This document shows positions 58,290 through 64,000 of a DNA stretch of 64,000 nt, piece after piece (the stretch's first letter is position 1; every line of letters begins with the position of its first letter). Below the pieces are notes generated by a model, which worked only from the letters and a program-made list of their open reading frames with translations, had not been told where the DNA came from and searched no databases. The position numbers were made by a program, and so were the translations under genes. The stretch is from a virus, in the IMG/VR virus record IMGVR_UViG_3300037070_006409, positions 12,205 to 76,204 of that record. One strand, written 5' to 3'.

Positions 58290-60516
58290 CGAACCGCCGC
58301 CAACGGCTGCGGCGCCGATCGGCGGAATCATCGCCGGGACGCCGAGCGCCGCAGCGGGCGCGGCTGCGCTGGCGACGGGAGCGAAGGCTCAGGCTTCGGT
58401 CGTCCAGAACACGATCAAGGCGGTGCTGGGGATGCTCGCCGCGATCGCGCTCCGGCGGACGAAGATCATCCGCGACCGCGCCGTCGCCGTTTACCCGATG
58501 GCCGACCTCGACCTCGCCATCGCCGAGGAGGACCGCCGCGAGATCGTCTTCCGCAAGCGGGTCGAGCAGCGGCTGCGCGCCGGCATGAAGGTCGCCATGC
58601 GCGCGAAGGACCCCTCAGCGCGCTCCGCGGCGATCGAGGCCCTGCTCAACCGCGAGCAGCGCTACGCCGAGATGCGCACGGCCGCGGCCGGCGAACGAGT
58701 CCTGGCCGCGGCGGAGTTGCAGGACCTGCGCACGCGCTCGCCCCAAGGCGCCTTCTGGGCGCTGGGGATGCGCCAGCGCCACACTCCCGATTCGGTCGGT
58801 CCTGGCATGGTGGTAGAGGGTCCCCCTCTCGAAGCAGCAGCACGTCGCTGGTTCGACGGCGAGCTAATCGAGATCGAGACCAAAGGCGGCGGACGCCTGT
58901 CCTTGACTCCCAATCACCCGGTACTCACCGTGAAAGGATGGGTCGCTGCGCGAGCGCTCGATAAAGGCGACGACCTGATCCGTCACCTGGCGGCTGGGGT
59001 GACCGCTTCGGCGCAGGATGACATAGATGACGTTCCACCCGTGATCGAGGAGATATTCGGTGCGCTTTCGGAGGTGAATCCGCTTGCGCGGGGAGTTATG
59101 CCAGTCCGAGCCGAGGACTTCCACGGCGACGGGCAGCACGGCTATGTCGAGGTTGTAGCTACCTACGGCGCGCTGGGGGAGCGGGTCGAAGCCGCGATCG
59201 CGCAGCAGCGCCAAGAGGGCGCCCTCGTTTGGAACGGCGTGGGACTGATGCAGCTCGGCGGTGAGGGACGCTCGGCAGCGAGCGCGATGACTATTGCCGC
59301 CATTGTGCTCGACTCCACGCAGCCTCACGCCAGCGGCCTTCAGGCGCCTCGTCAACGAGGACCTGGAGATTCCGGAGCTACGACTCAGGGCGAGGACAGA
59401 CTCGCCACCCAGGTAGGCCTCAACCACGTCGGCCGGTGCAGGTTCGACCTGGCTGCGGATTTCTACCCCGAGCCGTTCCAGGGCGTTAATGACCGTCTGG
59501 CCAGTGATCCCGTAGTCGCGGCCGAGCTTCAAGGCGGACTCGCCGGCCCGGTAGCGACTGACGAGATCATCGGCATTCGGCGGCGACCATACGCGGGCCA
59601 CGTCTATGACCTCCAGACCGTCGGGCGTTGGTTCACGGTAGACAGTCTAGTGGTGAGCAATTGCGTTTCGATGGCCGGTCGTTTCTGGCCCTGGGTAGTC
59701 CTCAACGAGGTCCACCCGCTGCTGCACGTCGGCTGCGGCTGCCGCCTCTTCTCCTACGGCGATGCCCTCGCGAAAGGGATGATGGCCGCCACCGACGTGA
59801 TGAGCAACCAGGCCGCGCTCCGGCTCGCCGCTCCGGTGATCCAGCACGTCCGCGATGAGAAGGCCGAGGCAGAGCGCAAGTACGGGCCGATGGCCGAGGA
59901 TGAAGCGGCCGCCACCGAGGAGCTGCTGATCCGCGAGGCGCTGCTGGACCGTGGTGGCGATGCTGACGCCCTGGCGGCGATGCCGCTCTCGTGCGACCCA
60001 CTGCCAGCACCGCTCGGCGTGATCGCCGAGGCCGAAGAGCAGACCGGAGCGATGGTCGCACTGTTTCCAGATCGGAAACTGTCGAAGAAGCTGGCACTGC
60101 CCGGCGGCGATCCTCCCGAGCAGCTCCACGTCACCCTCGCCTTCCTCGGCAAGGCCGCCGACCTGGACTTCGACAAGGCCCGCGCCGCCGTCGAGGCCTG
60201 GGCCAAGAAGACGCCGCCGCTCTCCGGCGAGCTGTCGGGCATCGGCCACTTCGACCTCGGTCGCGGGGAGAAGGTCACCTACCGCTCCGTCGATCTCCCC
60301 GAGCTGCCGACACCGCGCGAGGGCCTCATCGCCGACCTCGACAAGGCGGGCGTGCCACCGCGCCGCGACCACGGATTTTCCCCCCGCATGACGATCGACA
60401 GCCGGATGCGCCGGCCCGAGGTGAAGAAACAGCCGATCACCTTCGCTGAGGTCACCCTCGCCTGGGGAGGGGAGCGGCATCCCTTCCCGCTCCGTGGGGG
60501 AAAGAAATCCACCTGA
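58249..60516 (+). CDS. MuF/SPP1 gp7-like minor head protein containing an intein and a C-terminal 2H phosphoesterase domain; start uncertain
   Basis: Spliced exteins RHTPD|CVSMAGRFW...HPLLHVGCGCRL (MuF Cys/His motif). The C-terminus has HVTLAFLG...FSPRMT (LigT/2'-5' RNA ligase-like). Confidence 0.72.
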   Translation: MPQPRRQARPARSSEPPPTAAAPIGGIIAGTPSAAAGAAALATGAKAQASVVQNTIKAVLGMLAAIALRRTKIIRDRAVAVYPMADLDLAIAEEDRREIVFRKRVEQRLRAGMKVAMRAKDPSARSAAIEALLNREQRYAEMRTAAAGERVLAAAELQDLRTRSPQGAFWALGMRQRHTPDSVGPGMVVEGPPLEAAARRWFDGELIEIETKGGGRLSLTPNHPVLTVKGWVAARALDKGDDLIRHLAAGVTASAQDDIDDVPPVIEEIFGALSEVNPLARGVMPVRAEDFHGDGQHGYVEVVATYGALGERVEAAIAQQRQEGALVWNGVGLMQLGGEGRSAASAMTIAAIVLDSTQPHASGLQAPRQRGPGDSGATTQGEDRLATQVGLNHVGRCRFDLAADFYPEPFQGVNDRLASDPVVAAELQGGLAGPVATDEIIGIRRRPYAGHVYDLQTVGRWFTVDSLVVSNCVSMAGRFWPWVVLNEVHPLLHVGCGCRLFSYGDALAKGMMAATDVMSNQAALRLAAPVIQHVRDEKAEAERKYGPMAEDEAAATEELLIREALLDRGGDADALAAMPLSCDPLPAPLGVIAEAEEQTGAMVALFPDRKLSKKLALPGGDPPEQLHVTLAFLGKAADLDFDKARAAVEAWAKKTPPLSGELSGIGHFDLGRGEKVTYRSVDLPELPTPREGLIADLDKAGVPPRRDHGFSPRMTIDSRMRRPEVKKQPITFAEVTLAWGGERHPFPLRGGKKST
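58792..59661 (+). mobile_element. Intein (290 aa) starting with Ser
   Basis: SVGPGMVV...block B LTPNHPVLTVKGWVAARALDKGD, block F GHVYDLQT, end LVVSN followed by +1 Cys. Confidence 0.88.
58864..59601 (-). CDS. Tandem HTH + DUF559/Vsr-like endonuclease nested antisense inside the intein
   Basis: YRAGESALKLGRDYGIT..TV...L and YLGGES..L...GIS..SL..RL HTHs; PQRAVGSYNLDIA...VEVLGSDWH...L...GWNV nuclease. GGAGG lies 8 nt upstream of the GTG start. Confidence 0.85.
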   Translation of the reverse strand: MARVWSPPNADDLVSRYRAGESALKLGRDYGITGQTVINALERLGVEIRSQVEPAPADVVEAYLGGESVLALSRSSGISRSSLTRRLKAAGVRLRGVEHNGGNSHRARCRASLTAELHQSHAVPNEGALLALLRDRGFDPLPQRAVGSYNLDIAVLPVAVEVLGSDWHNSPRKRIHLRKRTEYLLDHGWNVIYVILRRSGHPSRQVTDQVVAFIERSRSDPSFHGEYRVIGSQGQASAAFGLDLD

Positions 60517-60549
60517 CCCCCCGGTCTCCCTGCTTTTCGCTCCTCCCTC

Positions 60550-60598
60550 GGTAAGGTTCTTACCACCGAGCTGCTATACTCTTCCCAGCACCACCCGA
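60550..60598 (+). promoter_or_regulatory. GGTAAG-GTT-CTTACC, TATACT -10 hexamer and CACCACCCGA box
   Basis: TGC-TATACT at 60575-60580; GGAGGG RBS before ATG 60627. Confidence 0.75.
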
Positions 60599-60626
60599 AC
60601 ACGACTTCCTGACACTGGAGGGACCG

Positions 60627-62618
60627 ATGAAGGCAGCAGAGATCAACGTCGGCGACGTGGTAGCCGTCACCGAAGGCACAAGTCGCTGGGATCGCAACAC
60701 CGACCGGGTGACGAAGGCCGAGGTGCTCACCGTCCCGGAGGATGGTTGCGTGAGCGTGAGGCTCTTGGAGGAGCCGAAGACCGTGTTGGGCCGTCGAGGC
60801 TGGGGCACACAAAAGCCCTACAAGAAAGGTGACAGGGCACGGATAAAGACGAGCTGGCTGTGGGTGCCTTGGTCAGAGATCGCGGTGATGGTCAAGGCCG
60901 ACCTCGAGGCCACCCAGCGCAGCAGGGAGGCAGAGGCCGAGCGCGAAGAGATGCGCGTCGCCCTCCAGGCTCGCGTTGACGCCGCCATCGGTACCGACAA
61001 TTCTCAGCTTTCGTGGGGCTGGATCGGCGGCGTGACTATCTCGATCGAGGATCTCGAAGCGCTGCTCAATCGAGCGGAGCGAATGAAAAACGAATGAAAC
61101 CCGAACCCGACTTCCTGATGGAGGCGAAGATGAATCGTCCGATGCCCGAGTTGATTGTCGCCAAGCGACTGACCGAAACCGAGCGCGAGCAACTGGTCGA
61201 GCGCGTCGTCGCTGCCAACCCGCGGTTGCGAGGCGCCGAGGTCGCAGACATCCTCGACATCTTCGCCGACGGCGACGTAATGATCGACGTGACCGAACGC
61301 TTCTACGAAGAGCACGGAGATGACCTACCCGGTGGCGAGCGCTGCGATGAGCGTCCCTTGGCTGTCATCGCTGCTGCGATCCTCCAGCCCGACGATATGC
61401 GGCCGTTGGTCGAGCGACTCTGCCAAGCCGATGTCTGACCGCCGCCGCCGCGCTCAGGCCCACGCCCGCCGCGCCCACTTCTGCACCTGCGGGGCGATCG
61501 TCCGAGGCAACGGCGCCAAGTACCAGCACCGCGAGATGCACAACCGAGCTGGCGACGGTCACCGCTACGTCACGACGGAAGACTTCGGCCGTCGGTTCCC
61601 AGGATGGCGCGGTGGTCCGCAGGAGCGACAAATCCCCGGCCCGGCACCTCGGGAGTGCGAGCAGGGATGCCGCCGCGTGGTCGCTGCCGGCTCGGCCTAC
61701 TGCTGCGACGGCTGCGCGACGACCGAAGGGCGCCACCACTCCGAGGTCTGCCCGAAGGACGGGGAGCCAGCCCGGTGAGCGACGCTATGGCCGAGGTCTA
61801 CTTGCCGGACGGCACGATCGCGGGCTGCACGGTCTACCAAGGCTCCTCCGACAGCATCTCGCCCGCGATCGTCCCTAGCCGGGCCTTCGATTGGCAGGGT
61901 GGCGGTTGGGATCAGCTCAGAGCTTGTCAGGGTGCGGGTCACTCTGGGGAGCCGTGCATCATCTACTCGACCTATGCAGAGCCAGGCTGCCACTGGCCGG
62001 GATTGGTGTGCTTGGAGTGCAATGTGGTGATCGGGCCACTGTCACCGTTCGGGTCAGATGAAGGCGGCGAGTGTGACCCTGGACCCGAACACTTCGAGGG
62101 GCATCCGTTCCCATGAGCAAGCCACGACCACTCAGTCCGACGATGAAGAAGATCATCGAGGTCCTGCGTTGGCACGACGGCGGCCCGATGACCCCGGCCG
62201 ACATCGGCTCGCACGTCTTCCCGAACTACTACGACAACCCGGTCATCGCCAACGGCCACGGCGGCAAGGGCGGCTGCTACACGGTGATGTCGCCCGCCCA
62301 GAAGGTCATCTCGCCGATCCGGTCGCTGGAGACCCGTGGGCTGATCCACTTCGCTCGCCGCCCCGACGGACTGAGTGGAACCGCCTACCGGCTCACGAAA
62401 CTCGGATGGCAGCGGTGACGTTGCGTGACCTGCTCAAGAACCAAGGCATCGACCCGAACGCTCTACTCCGCCAGCACGTCGGGCAACCGCTCACCGACGG
62501 TGAAGGCATCACTGCTCACCTCGCCGACGGCCTGCTCGACCTCCACATCGTCTTCGCAGTGAAAAACGACAAACCCGAGAAGCCGGAGAAACCGGCGAGG
62601 AGGAAACGCAAACGATGA
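60627..62618 (+). other. Operon of hypothetical ORFs (60627-61097, 61130-61438, 61431-61778, 61775-62116, 62113-62418 winged-HTH-like, 62415-62618)
   Basis: Coupled overlaps and RBSs; the 35-bp leader repeat precedes 61130. Confidence 0.55.
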
Positions 62619-64000
62619 GTGAAGAGACCAACGGCACCCTCGCCGACGGAGTGGCGATCCGAGAGGACCGGCTACTCCCGGAAGGCACCTGGCGAATCGA
62701 GCGACCCGGCGGCTCCGCGGTCGAGACCTTCAACCACGGCCGCGCCACGGGCCGCGACACCCCCAGCCGGCCCTTCAACATCCACACCGTCGCCGCCGAG
62801 ATCATCGAGCACGGCAACCGCTGCTTCGCCCTCGCCCCCGACATCTACTTGCTCGGGCACGAGGTGATGGAGGAGTTGACGAAGCGCCCCGCCGAGATGG
62901 CCGAGATGGGCCGGCCGCTGTGGAACGGCATGATCGCCAGCACCCACGTCGCCACCATGAAGCAGCTCGACGGGACGCAATGGCTCATCGACGGCACTCC
63001 CCAGGACGACCTCGACCCGCGGGCGCTCGGGGATGCAATCTTCAAGGGCGCCGACGAGATCCGGGTCCCGGAGTCCTACTCCCCGATCCTCACCGCCCTG
63101 GCCGAGACGCCGGAGGTCGAAATGGTGCTGACCGCGGAGAAGCTCATGGACCTCGCCCCTGAGCTGGAGCGGATCAGGAAGCGGGTAGTCCGACCGGAGA
63201 GCAAGCCCGAGGACAAGCTCTACATCGAGACCACGCTCGGCGACGCGGAGGCGTTCCTCGGCCCCGCCGACGATCTGCGCGAGGCATCCATCGACGGAGC
63301 CAATGGCGCGCTGCTCCAGGCCGTCGCCGAAGCGGTGAAGGCCCACCGGGAAGGCTGGCGAGAGCTGCCCCCCACGATCGTGCGCGCACAGATCTCCGAG
63401 GTGACCTCTCCTAGCGAGGAGCGTTTCATGGTCTCGGTGCGCGTTGACGATGCTTATCCGATCATCGGATTCCTTCAAGAAGTCACTCGGCGCAAGGCCT
63501 TCCCGAGGCCTGTCGGCGAGTTGCTGGAAGACCTCGAAGAGCTACGGAAAGGGACAGCAGCAGGCCTCGCCAGCGCGATCGCCGAGCGCCGGAGCGATGA
63601 GGAGTTCATGGAGCGGCTACAGCGCAGCGTCGAGGAGAACGCCGAGGTGCTCGATCGTCTCGCTGGCCCGCGCTTTCCCTTCCCCATAGGGGCCAGGGTC
63701 CGCATCAAGCGCACGGGGGAGGGTCCCTTCACGGTGATGCGTAGCCGCAAGGTGGACCGTGCCGCCGAGGAGCCGCGGGAGCGGTACTACACGCTGATGC
63801 TCAACGGGCACATCATCGGCCACTACCCGGAGAGCGAACTGGTCTGGGCGGAGCCGCCGATGACGGGGCAGACAGCCGCCGGGATGATGCGGGCGATCGC
63901 CGAGCGCTTCGGCGTCAGCATCGGCTCGGGGCCAGCCTCGACCATGCACTACGGCGGGGCGGCCTGCGACCTCAAGCCCGGCCAGCCCACCGACAGCGCC
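62615..64000 (+). CDS. Hypothetical protein of at least 462 aa, 3'-truncated by the window
   Basis: Read manually: ATG 62615 (overlapping the upstream TGA) stays open to the last base. It is missing from the supplied ORF track because no stop codon is present. Confidence 0.7.
   Translation, partial: MSEETNGTLADGVAIREDRLLPEGTWRIERPGGSAVETFNHGRATGRDTPSRPFNIHTVAAEIIEHGNRCFALAPDIYLLGHEVMEELTKRPAEMAEMGRPLWNGMIASTHVATMKQLDGTQWLIDGTPQDDLDPRALGDAIFKGADEIRVPESYSPILTALAETPEVEMVLTAEKLMDLAPELERIRKRVVRPESKPEDKLYIETTLGDAEAFLGPADDLREASIDGANGALLQAVAEAVKAHREGWRELPPTIVRAQISEVTSPSEERFMVSVRVDDAYPIIGFLQEVTRRKAFPRPVGELLEDLEELRKGTAAGLASAIAERRSDEEFMERLQRSVEENAEVLDRLAGPRFPFPIGARVRIKRTGEGPFTVMRSRKVDRAAEEPRERYYTLMLNGHIIGHYPESELVWAEPPMTGQTAAGMMRAIAERFGVSIGSGPASTMHYGGAACDLKPGQPTDSA

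Noticed and set aside
59000-59540. Sense-frame centre of the MuF intein as a novel protein domain
   Set aside because: Its composition is what the antisense reading of the HTH-DUF559 gene would give, and no intein endonuclease motif is visible.
21700-61133. Recurrent CACCACCCGA / GGTAAG motifs as a CRISPR array or att sites
   Set aside because: The copies are dispersed kilobases apart, not regularly spaced, and sit before RBSs. No cas operon or integrase is present; the Cas4-like nuclease is paired with Bet.
1-64000. Calling the element a prophage or temperate phage
   Set aside because: No integrase, ParAB or clear CI-like repressor and no host-chromosome flank were recognised; lifestyle cannot be decided from this window.

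Overview
The whole window looks like one GC-rich tailed phage (or prophage) genome segment, almost entirely coded on the + strand. It holds neck genes, a complete PBSX/Xkd-type contractile tail module (sheath, tube, frameshifted chaperone, tape measure, LysM initiator, hub, spike, wedge, baseplate J, fibre) and a lysis cassette. It also holds a recombination/replication block (Bet/RecT-like, PD-(D/E)XK exonuclease, initiator, DnaC-like loader, RusA, Ku), a DNA adenine methylase, a GpA-type terminase, an mIHF-like protein, RecA, portal and a MuF-like head protein, separated by many small unknown ORFs. No major capsid, integrase, repressor, DNA polymerase, tRNA or CRISPR array was recognised, and both ends cut through genes. 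The mIHF-like gene and high GC suggest an actinobacterial host (inference). The most unusual feature is an intein in the MuF-like gene whose endonuclease (HTH + DUF559/Vsr-like) is a separate gene on the opposite strand, with its own RBS, entirely nested inside the intein. Other notable points: a LAGLIDADG intein in a head-tail connector; a 2H phosphoesterase fused to the MuF protein; about 11 homing-type nucleases; a recurring GGTAAG-N3-CT(T/G)ACC + CACCACCCGA regulatory element; a second promoter class preceding apparently leaderless late genes; and short direct repeats at gene boundaries. All family assignments come from motif recognition by eye, not database searches.
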